The notes under the pieces are model-generated. The model searched no databases. It saw nothing but the letters and a program-made list of their open reading frames with translations, and was not told the DNA's origin. Source: Tubiluchus corallicola (Eukaryota; Animalia; Priapulida). From it: a DNA stretch of 64,000 nt. Location: NCBI GenBank assembly GCA_030141605.1, contig JAQGDQ010000001.1:744001-808000 (forward strand), in the 5' to 3' direction. The position numbers and the translations under genes are program-made. This document shows, piece by piece, positions 49,201-63,100 of this stretch (position 1 is its first letter; the number at the start of each line of letters is the position of its first letter).

Positions 49201-52200
49201 CTATAGTTGTGTACGAGATAATCATTTAGGCAGCTAGCTAAACTTTTGTATACTGTTTACAGTTTTTATCAAAGAACTTGGTTTTTACTTTTTGCAGGAA
49301 GAAATTGTCAAATTTTCATAGGAATGACTGTTGGCAGAAAGCACATAACTATGTTGCAAAATCCTATATAGAATCAGTAGAGAGGAATGTTTATTTTGAG
49401 GATGTAAGACTGCAAATGGATGCCAAGCTATGGGGAGAGGAATTTAATCGACATAATCCACCTAAAAAGGTTCATTTAAGTATAAAAAGCTAACCATATT
49501 GACTCATCAATAAAATGTCATCACAAAGAAGGTTTAATTATAAAATAGCCAAATGTGTTTGCCTGTCAGATACAAAAATAACATTTATACTGGATTACGC
49601 CCATTTTTAGAGGTAGTCCTGATAAAGACATGATAAAGATAGGTAATGTTGAAATTTCATCCTGATAAATAACCTTTTTTACTGCTTATTTAAGCTGTTG
49701 GGTTTGTCCTTTGTCTAGAAATACCTCCATTTTCAGGCTTAATGATAAGGGCACAAAGCAATAAATGCACCGATTCCAAATTTGAGTAGGATATTCAGTC
49801 AGATTTAAGGATCCTGATCTGATCTGGATGCAGTAAATGATGTCTGGTAGATTTGACCGGTTATTTAACTATAACGTGAGCTAATAGAATTATACATTAC
49901 ACCCTATTGCATAATCGTTGCTGTTGCATTATATCTCCTAGACTGCATTTTACTGTAATACAATAATGCATTCTTTACTCGTTGGTATAAACAATTCTGT
50001 TACAGTATACTTGCACAGAGTTAGATAGCAGCAGTAGCTTCCTTCCTGAATATCCAAGTATATTTATAGTGTAAGCCAGCCAATGTGCTGTGCAGGTAGT
50101 GTACTATGTTTCATAACAATAGATGAGAAATGCCAGGCACGAAAAATTATTATATGAGGAGGATAATTAAAGTAACAAAACACTGCTACTAGCTAGTTGG
50201 TTGTAAATGTAATTGTGTTTCTGCATGCATGAACGTGTATAATTTTGAAAGTGCTAAACTTGATAAACAACTGCTGCTTACTACTGGTTTTTTATGATGT
50301 ATACAGCATGTCATTCGATATTTTACTTTCAATGCATCAGATTTCGTAGACAAGTAAAAATATGTATATGCATTACAAACAATTATGCGCGATGAAAGGC
50401 CAGGCTATACATGTTGAGGGCCCCTCAATGCAATCCATGATAATGCAGCCTGACCTTTCATCGCGCATAATTGTTTGTAATGCCTTTAACCCCAGGATAT
50501 CTCGGCCAGGATCCATCGTAACATTTCAGTCGCTGATTTCCCACTTTCTCACATACATTAAAATAAATTACAGTAATATTTGTTAATTTTGTGAAGTAAT
50601 GTCAAGATGCGAACATTCTCTGATAGTGAAGTATCACAGTATGAGTGTTTATTCAGTCCAGCGTGTATAATGAAGGATTATTTCTTTACATATTCGTATT
50701 GTAGATGACTCTTTAGCGACGTCTCCGAAAAACATCGTAAGTATAAGTCGACCCCAAAAATTTCACCTTAAAATCGCCTCCCAAAAATTCGAGTTCTACA
50801 TAAGTATATACGGTAATTTAAACTTAATTTATGTGGTCTTCACCACAGAGGATGTGTATAATACAGTAGTCGCCACTTAATAAAACCATAGACCCAACAA
50901 TAAGTGGTCTTAATAAATGGTGGTATAATTATGAGCCGGCCTGTTGCAAGCCATGTGTATTTGGTAAAAAAAACAGTGCATAAATGCTTATCCCTAATTA
51001 ATACTATTTGACAGTTAAACATGTGGTAGTCACTCACATGCTTACAGAATGACTTGCGTGTACAACAGTGTTTCACGTTCATTCAGCAGTCTAAAATGTA
51101 CTTAGCAGCTATTCAGGCAGAGCCATAAATGATGAAGCATTTGACTTTAACTTTTGGTCGGACTTTGACTAAGAAGAGGTGAATCTAGGAAACAGGCCTT
51201 AAATTTCAACTGAGTATCTTAAGAAATAGGCAAAAATACATTTTATTTTTTCATTTTTCTTTTACTTTTATCGCCTATTACTGAAAAATGCAGTTTTGTT
51301 AAATGTCCCACTGGTTTTATTAATTGAATTTTCTTAGCAACAGATTCTATGGGACTGTGCCTAAATGGTTCTAAAATGTGGCTGGTTTTATTATCTGCAA
51401 TTTTATTTAGCGGCAACTGTTGTGTGTACAGGAAACCTGTGGAAACTGCAGTGAATTCAGTGTGCTGTTATATGTGGCTGTCTTTGCTCTGCAATTTGCA
51501 ATCTGATTGAGATTCCGATAAATCGATTACCTGCAGAGTAGTGCAGAAAGAGCCAGTAATGTGGTTCAAATATTTTTTCTTGCACTCTTAGTGCAGTATT
51601 CTGCAAAGTGAAATAAGTTATTGTTTTTTATTTCAGTACTCTGCAGAATAAGATGCTGTGGAAATACTGTTTTATTTTCCTGCTTTTCCGTGCTTGTACT
51701 ATTTTGAGATCAGATTTAATTTGCTGTTGTATTGTGTGCATCTTAGCTTCTCATTTCTGTACTTTGTTGTAGGTGGACATTATGCAAATGTCAGTTTTAG
51801 AATTTGTTGAACGACCAGGATCACCATTGTACCACTTGGAGCATTTTATTGAAGGAAATTATGTCAAGTATAATTCCAATTCTGGATTTGTGAGTGAGGT
51901 TGTCAGATGCACTCCGCAGGTAAGTGATGTCTATTGTTCTTTTTTTCAGCTATTACTTGTTAATTCCAAGCGTGGAAAGTATGACTTTCAAATTGCTTTT
52001 GTTAATTTTTTGTACAAAATCGCATGGTAATTTCGATGATTGTACTTTAATTGCTGCTTTAATCAATGGTCATAAACTTAAGCTAGGTAGTCTTATGGCT
52101 TTATCATTTTTAAGTGAGTAGGTCTGCTGACTTTATTTTGACAAAAAAGTAACTGTAGTTTGTAAGATATGACTTTCAATGATAACTGGTTTACTGGTTT

Positions 52201-55200
52201 AAAAAAAATTGTTCGTATGCTTCCTGAGGTAACAGCCATTTTGCTCTTCAATTTCTCCATTGGCTGCTGCAATTTAATTTAGGTTTTTTGCTTTTTATTT
52301 TTATTCTGTAGCTGTAGAAAATGAAATATTACTGCCTTATTTTTAGGCATTCAGCCATTTTACATTTGAGCGGTCTGGACACCACCTGATTGTTGTGGAC
52401 ATCCAAGGTGTTGGTGATTTATGGACAGACCCTCAAATCCATTCAGCTGATGGGACAGACTATGGTGATGGCAACCTTGGAACCAAAGGCATGGCTCTGT
52501 TTTTCCATTCACATGCCTGTAATCGCATCTGCGAAAGGTTAGGGTTGACGTCTTTTGATCTGGCACCAAGTGAGCAAAATCAGCAGCAGAAATTGTCTAA
52601 TCTGCAGGTAAGCTTTTGTTATTGGGGCATTTGCCTGCTTTTTTCATTATGTTTTGCTGCCCCATTTTTTGTAGCTGTTGCAGCTGTTTATTTATTTATT
52701 TAAACTGGTTGGCATAGCTCAATGGTAGATTGCTCACTTTCCACTCGGGAGGTCAATTGTTCAACTCCTGACTGAGTTATACCAAATAATGTCCAAGCAT
52801 GTGGATTTATTGAAGTAACATGCGGCTAATAATAATCTGGACTATATTTGAAATATGAATTGCATTACTTAAGGTGTTATCACTAGACTAAGTCCTAAAA
52901 GGAAATTATCAATTTTAATTTTTATTATTTTTATTCTCTTTGGTTTTGCACAAATTGAATAAATCATTTCTATTCACGTAGTTCAGTAAATTTTTATTTT
53001 TATTAGTGATTTGAATGATAGTTATTTTTTATTCTAGAACTTATCAGCCACTAAGATGCGAGGCAACATCGAGTTGTGCCACAGCCCTTCAGCAAATGAA
53101 ATCTCTGACTTGCACGGTTTCTTACGTAAACGCACATACTCTGGAAGTAACTTCAGATCTCTGTCTCCTACTTCGCCAACGTCTCCAGAATTGATGGATG
53201 TAGATTCTCCATTTTCACCAAGCTGGAGTTCTGATGCTGGAAGTCTGAGTAATGGAAGACCTCGTTTCAGGTAGGTGTTTTTTATGCACAACTTCCGTTA
53301 GAGTTCATTTCTCAAAGTGCCCATTAGTTTTTTTTACAAAGCTGCTTTCAACTTAATTGTAACTGTTAAGACAGCAATAAGAAATACAATAAGTTGCACA
53401 GCATACTACGTTTTTCAACTGCTGGTAGTTTATTTAATACTAAGTATTAAGCCTGTGTGTATTGAGGTGTATTGCAAGTTGATCTCATTTCAAATTTTAT
53501 TTAGCCACTTGAATACTGTTGCAATTCTGCTGGAAAATTACTCCCTTTCCAAATTAAATTTAACTATTATTGCATGTTTTATATTGTGCAACAGCATGGA
53601 TCCTGGGATTCTAGGAAGTAGCAGGGTCTGCTTAGTGTAGAGTGATTTGACAGGACCAGGCCTAGCTCATTATCAAGAATAAGATTCTGAGATGAGGCAC
53701 TGAACTAGCAGTTATTTCTGTGCTACATTTTATGTGTACGTCTTTTCTCAATGAGGCAGATACTTAAAAGCTAATGACAATTGCAGACGAAAATGCCAGA
53801 AGTAGTTTTCTTGGGCAGTCATTATCATTCATTTATTGACCGGATTTAGCATTGTTTAGTTAAAATTTAGTTGCTAAGCATACCACTGCCACTAAGCAGA
53901 CTATAACCACAAAGTTATTTCTCTTCCCAAAAGACCTACCCCTTTTATTGGTATCGATGTCACACAGACGTAGCTTTTTGTACATTTTATGTTTCATCCT
54001 CCCAAGGACAAGCAACAACATCACTTGTGTTAATTAATGGGAAGAAAATGACAAAAAGTGGCAGCTTGCTGGGATCAGCGAAAAATGGCTGTGCCCTTTT
54101 AGCATTGCCTGCTGCTGGCACATATGTGCGAAAAAGCTTGAAGTCAGATAACGTGCCTACCTTGCATTATAATGGCGTGATCATGTCTCCTGCCACATAT
54201 CTTCCCTAAATTTCATATTGATATCATATGTTTTTATGGCCCCAAAGTGTTACACTTTACATTTTGTACTAAATTAGACACAGTGTGCTTTACACGCTTT
54301 GTTACACAGTACATTATAGTGAAATGCATAAATTTTTTCCAGGTCAGGGGATTCCGCAGATTATCTTCCTGGATCAAGGTCACGCTCCAGATCTGGTGAT
54401 TCGGATTATTATTCACTTCCTCCTCGGACTAGGACTTTTTCAGGAATGTCTGGTGATTCTGACTCTGACAGCAGTGCTACTTGGTCAAGGGTGAGTTAGT
54501 GACTTCTAATCACTGCAAGTCTAGTAAGGGTAGTATGAATTAAGACAGGTAATATAATATATTCAAACTTGTAATGAGAAATATGTGAGTAGGAACAGAA
54601 ATGTTGAATATGCTTATATATTCAAGCAAGTATGCAGTCAAGCAATAAGTGCTGCATTTATATTTGATTTTTGAATAAATTAAATTTCAGTGATAATGAT
54701 GATGATGGTGGTGGTGATGATGATGATAATGATAATAATAATATGGCAAATGATTTGGTGCAGGAAGAAGAAAAGATTCAACATTTGATGTCTATGATGA
54801 AGTCTCGACCTTCAAATGTAGCAGCTGAGGTTGATCTAAGAGAACTGAGGGATCTAGTGACACGAACAGGTGGATCTGTACTTGGAGAGGTATGAACTAG
54901 ATGCATACTTTGTTATGTAAAAGTGTTTTTGTTTTTTTCCATATCCTAAGATTGTTTTAAGTGAGGATTTCTTTCACTGGGAAACAATGAATTGTTTTAG
55001 TTTTGATAAGGAGCTTGTGACTTTTAATGGCTTGTAATATATGTAGCCATCTATTTGTAAAAATAAAGGCAGATTAAATTAGCTTTATTCTGTTTTAGAT
55101 ACATCTTGATATAGCAAAGTATCATGAGTTGGGCAGGTTTAAGAATGGAGATGGAAAGGATTGTGATATGGAGGCTGCAATGTTTCATCTTCAACAAGCA

Positions 55201-56498
55201 GCTCATTGTGAGGTGCTAGAAGCTATTATTACACTGGCTAGACTCTACCTTGGTCTTCCCACTGATATCTTGGTTAATACAACTGTAGAGGTATAGATTT
55301 TGAACAAGTAAAATATGTAGAATTTCGTGTGTAGAACATTTTGAGCATGTTACATTGTATAGCTCTCTCTAAACCCGTCACTTAGGAAAATTAAGTGAAT
55401 TGTTTTTTGTATTTGGCTTTTCGTGTTCTTTTACTTTTAAATGTTGGTCCTTCATTTTTTTAAATTTTTACTCAGAGATATTGGTAATAGTTTGAATTGT
55501 AGAAAAAATTAGATTTGTTTGTGTATACAATGGACCAGTCAGGGGATGAAAAGTTTACTTCGAACTACCGTGCATTCAGTGTATGAGATGCTCACTACAT
55601 TATTTCTAATTTTGGATTACATAGTTTACTGACATGATACTAATTTTTGTCATTTATTTTGAACTAATGCAGTAGCTAAATATGAATGCTTTGCAAAAGA
55701 AGAATAACTTTAAATTAGCACAGAAACGTTTAATAAGCAATGTTACTTGATAAGATTACTTAGAATAATGCGCAGATCGTTGCCAAATGCCTGCATTACT
55801 AAATTATGACTGATGAATGGATTTTTTAATAGGAGCATTCAGATAACATTGACCGAGGTATAGATTTTATGATACAAGCAGCTGAAGCTGGGGACAGATC
55901 TGCAATGATTTATATGGCTAAAGCATTTGAATTAGGGGATGGTCTCGGGCTAAACAGGTGATTATTTGTCTTGCTTGTGTCTCTAGAAGCTTTCACACTG
56001 CCAAGTGAATTGATTCTTGACAATCTGTTATGATACAATGTCATTTGATTATTAATGCATTTTTTAATTGCCCTTATTGAACATTTTACATTTTTGCATC
56101 TTCAAATCCATAACATTATGTGTATATTTCGCACTTGCTTTATATCTTGTAAAAATGACAACAGTTCTCCAATTACTGTCATTTGTGGTTTATGTTATAG
56201 GAGCAAAGACTGGTCTGAGGCAGCTTATTGGTATGATCGTGCAATACACACAATGGAAAATGATGAAAATGGAGAGTTTAATGCCACAATGGATGATCCG
56301 CTCTACCAACTTCTTGCCAGAGAAGCCGAATTACACCGCACTGGAGGTTATAATTTGGAGAAGAATGCGAGTTATGCCGGTGAACTTTATCAACAAGCAG
56401 CGGACGCTGCCATGGCAGCTATGAAGGGTCGACTGGCCAATAAATATTATGCTTTGGCTGAAGAAACTTGGGGCGAAGTTGATGAAAAAGAAGATTAA
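46292..56498 (+). CDS. EEF2K: Eukaryotic elongation factor 2 kinase (alpha-kinase plus C-terminal SEL1-like repeats)
   Basis: Exons 46292-46488, 47212-47404, 48311-48348, 49298-49469, 51773-51919, 52347-52607, 53038-53270, 54343-54490, 54764-54889, 55099-55290, 55833-55957 and 56201-56498. Motifs WQQALHKAK..DPW (CaM-binding region), GAMRECFR, YVAKSY, DVRLQMDAKLWGEEFN, YVKYNSNSG, VVDIQGVGDLWTDPQIH, GNLG..GM, AMKGRLANKYY. Confidence 0.97.
50615..50813 (-). mobile_element. One end of a pogo/Tc1-mariner-type element (family B), inverted copy
   Basis: Ends TAAGTATATACGG followed by TA; reverse complement of 29761-29956 with scattered substitutions. Confidence 0.8.
52703..52842 (+). mobile_element. 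tRNA-derived SINE, family A, copy 3 (internally deleted)
   Basis: A box TAGCTCAATGG, B box GTTCAACTCC, then GAGTTATACCAAA and end ACATGCGGCTAATAATAATCTGG. Confidence 0.75.
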
Positions 56499-59400
56499 CT
56501 AAGCCATTATGGTTGTGTATGTGTTGTAACAATATTTAGATTCTATGATTTTTTTCAATATTTCTGATCATTCTTTTATTATTGTTCCAAGTTCAAATGT
56601 GAAGATATACTGCTTTTTGATATACATTTGATTTCAATTTGCAATTACTTTAGATCAAATTATGGAAATATATAATTTTTTGACGATTTTTCCCATACAG
56701 ATCACATGACACTCGTGATGTGTGGTTAACCTAGAGTGAATTCAAAACATTAAGTTGCACCATGACGAAGTGAAATGTCAGTAAAAGTGATAACTCAATT
56801 AACTGCAAGAAGGTGCTTTTTCATTTGTTGTGCAAGTTTTTGCAATAATGCCGCATATCACTAGATTATGCTGGAAGTGATAAATTGTTTTCTCTGCTTA
56901 ATATGAAGTGCAAGTAAACTATTCACCAGGTTGCTACAAAAGCATTCTCTAGAATTTATCGAAATAGCAAGGTTCTTAACAAATGTGTGAAGTATAATAA
57001 TGAACTATTTAGTGGCTGCTTGATTTGTTGTGTACAGGTGTTTGGTGTCAAATCAACTAATTTAATCGTAATGAGGCACTATAAACTTGATGTTTTCCAG
57101 CTAGATAAGCCTTATAGACTTATTTTACAAGTTTAAAAACATTGGTCATACCATGATTTCAAAAGTTTCATCAAATTATTACGATGGAATATCTGTCAGT
57201 TTGGCATATTGCAAACTTGTCTGAGACTGCGTTATCAGATTTGTGCTACTGTCTCATGCTGCTTTTCAATTGATCTCACAACATAATTTATATAGTTTCA
57301 TTCTTTTTACACATTCATTTTTTCATTCAGAGATGTTATTTAGATACGTTAGTTTTAATTAGTTTTTAGTTTTTCTGACTATTAGTTTTTGCTGATGCTG
57401 AAAGTGGAAGTGGTGAAAATGCTGTTTTTCATATTTCAGAGTTCTACCTCACACAAGTTGGCCAATGTTAATATGATGTTTATTTACTAAAATGAGTATA
57501 GCAGATGCTCACTGTCTCACAGAAAAGAAGAGTTAGCATGTAATTGCCTCACATGTGTATACCCATCCACTGATGTAGCAATGACACATTGCACTTATTC
57601 AGTAATGCAAAATGTTTTTCAATCATTCTCTGATAAATTATGAGAACTTCACTAAATGTTTATTACTGTATATGAAGCATACTATTAACCTATTGTTTGT
57701 GGTATAGTAGGAATTACCACTGTTGTCGAGTTAACATTAACGATGCTTTCTCCGTTCTGTCTATCTCTGCATTTGCGAACCTTAAGCGATTAAGGTACTG
57801 ATTACTGTTATTATCTCTATTTTAAGAATACATAAATTATTTTCTTGTTGTTTGGCGATCATTGGTATTCTTGATATTCTAATCGTGTAGCATATAGTTT
57901 AAATGTAGTCATTGAAAATTTGAAATTATTATATTTTTATCTGCAGCGTTTTGTCAGGTGAAGACATAGTGCATTGTGTCTACTTTGCTTTTCGCTGTGG
58001 TTAGTATGTTTCCATAGTACTTGGTTTCACTAAACAATGTATTTATCTGCATGATTTTACATTTGTTAGGTGTTTCTTTATATCATCTTACTCAATATTT
58101 AATTGGAGCACGAATGTGTTACTGTTTTCTTAAATGTAGTGTAGTGCATTTTTTCAGTGAATTGACAGAAATCGATCATTTTTTCTTGTCTGCTCGTGCG
58201 TGACTGTGTACGTGCGTGTGTGGAAGTGTTAACAGTATATTAATTAGGGAAAGTAGACAAAATGCACTCACCCCACAAATGTTACTTGTGACATTGAGTG
58301 TTACTATATGATGGGCTAGTTTAAATGAATTTTTTGCTTGTAAATATATTATACAATTTATTACTGATATATCATTATTTACGTAATAAATAAGAAAAAA
58401 TACATTTTTAGTGTCGTGTGATAATTATGTACATTCAATCGAGCAGTCATCCTTACTTTTTTTGTTATATTATAAACTGTAGTGTGAATAACTAAGTGGT
58501 CATGGTATGTGTTTGGCCAGATTATACTAAATTGATAAGTGCTTATGGAATACGTTATCCGCTGTCCTCGATCAGGACATCCCATTTTTTCCTACGGCAG
58601 GTTGTTGCTTTCAGGTCTTGCTATAATCATTCAGCATTAGGTTACTGGGTGCTGAAAGTGTGCTGCATCACTTGAGAAATATGCCCACTGCACAACTATT
58701 GTATGGAACATAAAAAACGGAAAATTCGTGAAATGTAATTTTAAATTTTATGTGCTTAAAAGACCAATTACAAATACAAAAAAACTTGTGTGCTGGCATA
58801 AATAATTTCTCTAACAGAAATACAACATTACCACAGTCACATTTTGTTTCCCAAAGAAAATTTGCATTTTATTGCAATGATATGGAGCACATCTTTTAAA
58901 AGTTAAGAAAAACCTAATTGGAGAATAGACAAAACCTACAAGACCAAGAACGACAATAACATTACACATTATATCAAAGCATGTATTTTAGACATAACAG
59001 TACAATACTAAAATTTACCACAGAAAAATGATCACATAAAAGTAAGAAAGCCATTTTACCATGATTCTGTGATCTATACATGCAACAATAAAAATTCAAT
59101 ATGCCATGGAATGTTGACATTTATAATGAAAAATAAAATAATTTTGATTTTACATACACTTTCCGTCCCTTGCAGGATCTGCAACCTAGCTTTAATGTTA
59201 CTTTCTTGTCATCTTGTCAGTGCGAATGAAATGCAGCAATTAATAAAACAAGTCGTACACAAAAAATCAAAATAAGGCTAAGGCTTGCAAAACTGTTGTG
59301 AGGCTTTTTGTGAACCAGGTTGAAATAATTTTCGTAATGTGAAACTAAAATTGGTAATAGGAAGTAATAAAAACAACAATGGTAAAAATAAAAATAACTA

Positions 59401-60159
59401 GGAAAGTTCTAGCAGAAACATTTTGTGCATAATAGTGATTAAACTGCAATTATTAGTGATGAACATTTTTGACTGGGTCAAAAATCATGGCAAGATCTTG
59501 CTTCTGTGACAGGAGATGCTTTAAGTAACGGCATTTGTATTATATTTTCAAATTAAAAATGTCTTTTAAAATGTGTTTCACATTAAAAAGTTTCAGTGAA
59601 ATCAAAATTTGTCACTTTTTCGTCTATGTCTTGTAGGTCAAGGTTGTGAAAAACCTAAGGCCATAACATTGCCCCCATAGAATTCGCCATGCTTGACACT
59701 TAGGAATTGCATTTCTTTTTAGTGAAATCAGAACTTCTAATTTTAAACGTGCCACCCATCTACTTATTAACTAAGTCCTGTGTTGCTTTTCTCCATAACC
59801 AAGCACACAATGTGACCACACAGCTACTTTCGTTCCCTAATTATTAGCAAATTTCAGAAACATTTCAATCCTGAAATTGGAGTAACCTGTGAAGTTAAGG
59901 TTCAGGGTCAGTAAAACTTGGCACTACTTATACCACTCAATTTGGCTAATCAAGAAATTTCTCGACACTGGAAGCATTGATGGCTGCAATACCCCCCTAA
60001 CCCAATTTTGCTTTTGCCCCTACCGAAAAATTTTGTGCAAACAGCTCAGCCATTCACTAGACCCAGCCCTAGCTCAAAAGCTTTTGAAGGTCATCCACCC
60101 TAAACAAAAAAGAAACCCTGTCCATTTTGTGAGCTTCAACGGTTACACATAAATATAAA

Positions 60160-63100
60160 TTACCTTACCTGGGGTATGCACCGTGTGACTTTTGCGACAC
60201 CAGCCCTGTGTGTTTGCGAGATTTTAAACAAACAAAAGGGTAAAAAAATAAACATCAGGGGTAAATGAAAAAGATACCGATTCACTGGAGGTGAAGCAAA
60301 TAATTAATATAAATAATAATGTGCGTTCACGTAATTTTATATTAAACGTGCTTTACCTATTAATGGTAGCATTATAGGCACAATGCTCTAAACAGTTTTT
60401 ATTCACATAATAGGCAGCTATGCAGGGAAGAATAGGTACAAGTTCTATAGTTCTCTTGGCCAAAAAACATGGCACTATAGTCTTTGCATTTTATAGTTTA
60501 AAGGAAGACCAGACGATTGTTTAGACTCAATCTCATTTTAATTTACTGTCCAAAAAACATGGCACTATAGTCTTTGCATTTTATAGTTTAAAGAAGACCA
60601 GACGATTGTTTAGACTCAATCTCATTTTAATTTACTGTCCAACATATACATTTTCTTGCCTATAAAAGTTAACAATTGTTCTTTATATCTGAACTAACCA
60701 CAGTTTGCGGAATGGCAGGCGTCTTCCCTTGCGTGTCAAGCACATTTGCATAGGTGTTACAGTACTGCTTAAACGCATGTCACGAAAAACGGGCTTTATA
60801 TCATATGACATCATGAAACTAACACAGCAGTTCATGATTATGGTTATCACGGTACCAACTTCGATTTGTCGGCCACGTGCACATGACAAAAAAAGCCGCT
60901 GCCAATCTTAGTAGAAATTTGAGTATCCGAGGTAATTATTATTTAATCTAAGCTTTTGTTTAAAATAAGCTATAGTAGTTTTCAATATTTTAGAGCATTC
61001 TTTATTCTCAACTCGTGTTTACACAATCGTCCGGTTTTCCTTTAAGCCTAAATTCAACACATTCTGATAGCATCTGTGCACAGCTAGTATTTTTCATTTC
61101 CAGAGATTAGGTTATAGAGCTACAATGATGAGTCCATGAATGCCATGATTATTATGTTCTGTAGTCTTTTTCAACTTCAAGTGTTTTAGCAGAATGGATT
61201 GTTCTTTTTAAACTGCAAGAAAAACATGCTTTAAAAATGTAAAAAGTGAAAGACACGTTCTATGATGTTGGTTGCTCTAAAAGATGTTAACTTGCTCTGC
61301 TGTTTCATGCTTATGCTTTGTCTTGTTATACTAAGGTATTTTCATTTATAAATTTTCTCTGTAGTAGATGCTTATAATTAGATCACTAGTTAAGAATTTA
61401 AATGCATTAATACATACCGAAAATACCATAAAAACCATCTCCACAAAAATGGTGCAAAGAGTAAACTAAGGGAAGTGATACTAACAATGAGAAGATAAGC
61501 CTGCAACATAAAGATTTACAATAACTTTAGTTATAATAAATTTATAATGGACAAATATGCTAATGGACTCTGGACTTTTATAACTTCTGGATTTAAAAAC
61601 CTGCACTATAGATGTGTGCATCGAAATTGTTTGGAAAAATACACCTAGTAAAAGCCAATTTCAGTTTAACAATTGCTATAAGAATTTTCACTAGTGTGTT
61701 AGATGTAATTTCATGGGTATGCACAGGTGTTACAGTATTCATATATATATATATATATATAGGTAAAGATGAAAATGTGTGTGCATGTCCTTTATGCATG
61801 CCTACATGTTGTGGCACACCCCCAAATGTGGTGTATTATAAGAGCCAGTAGGGCTCCAGGAAAGTTAAGTCACCATCAGGGGTGTATTAGGCAAACTACT
61901 GAGGATGCCAAAATTTGAAGGAGTCACATTTTTACAGAACTGGTGTTAAAAATTTTTTATTCTTATTTTTTCTCAGAAAATGCGTATTTTTGTATATTTC
62001 ATTTAAAGTGCATGATTAGTTTCGAGCAATACGGTCAGAGTATTATAACCATAATTATTGTTTGTTGCTAAACTAAACAAACCTGGTACAGTCTAGCAGC
62101 ATTCATTAAGGTTATCAAAGGGAACAATGCATTGCTTATTACAGAAGCTAACACTAGAATGACTAGCGATCCAGTCCTTAATGGGTAATCTCAAGTGATC
62201 CATATCTTCGGAAGTAAACAACTAAGCTAGCACAGGTGCAAATTACAAATGTCTACACTGACAGTGTCTTTGCTTTAAACTTTTTGCAATTAGGAATCTG
62301 AACATTTATAAGATTCTATAAATGAGAATATGCCAGCACTGCCAGAATAAGCCATAATAAAGTCAGAACTGGCCCATAATGTCAATGTGTGTGGGGGAAC
62401 TATAAACTTTAGTCAGTTTTTTTATTTTGGAAGGTGTCAAAAATTTCGGTGACGTAGTTGTAGATGTATTCAATCCCCGATTACATTTAGAGTGCCAGTA
62501 GTAATGACACACTATAATAAACTACTGAGTTTGGTTTTATATAAGCGCTATGTAACAAACAAGTATAGTTTGCACAAATATATAAAAGTTGCTACACCAC
62601 AAGCAGTTGCTCAGCCTGAATCAATATAAGAACAATGCCAATTCCATGTACCTAACAATAATCACGAAAGTACAAGGTAATAGTAATACAGCACAAACAA
62701 TTGTAAACTGCATCTCAAGTATTAACAACTGCAACAGGCAAGGGCGGGACTAATCACTATTAGTCTAAGGCATCGTAATGTCTTAATGCTTCCCTGGTCA
62801 TCAGACCAATATGGCAGCCAAAGTGTATAAAATAGCACTTTTTAAAACATTTTGTTAAATACAATCTGTAGTGTACCATGACAACCAGCATGGTTTCAGG
62901 AAAGTTTTAGGCTATTGCCAATTATTCACTCACCCACCCTCACCAATATGGTATTAAAATGGCATCCAAAATAGCATGTTTTTGGATATTTTACTAAATT
63001 TAGTCATCCATCGCATACCGTATAATACAGACAGCATTTGTTAATTTGTTAATCAGGGTGTGGAACATGGAATTCAGAGTATCCCTGGTTCAAATCCAAA

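Noticed and set aside
49760-50525. Possible decayed hAT element (ATGCACCGAT start, GGATC/ATCTGG repeats)
   Set aside because: No clear TIR pair or TSD.
52705-52785. Possible tRNA gene (A and B boxes)
   Set aside because: No convincing cloverleaf or acceptor stem, and it continues into sequence shared with two other SINE copies.
60161-60200. CTTACCTGG resembling the 5' end of U1 snRNA
   Set aside because: The rest does not match U1; it is the reverse complement of a TMCO3 splice donor.
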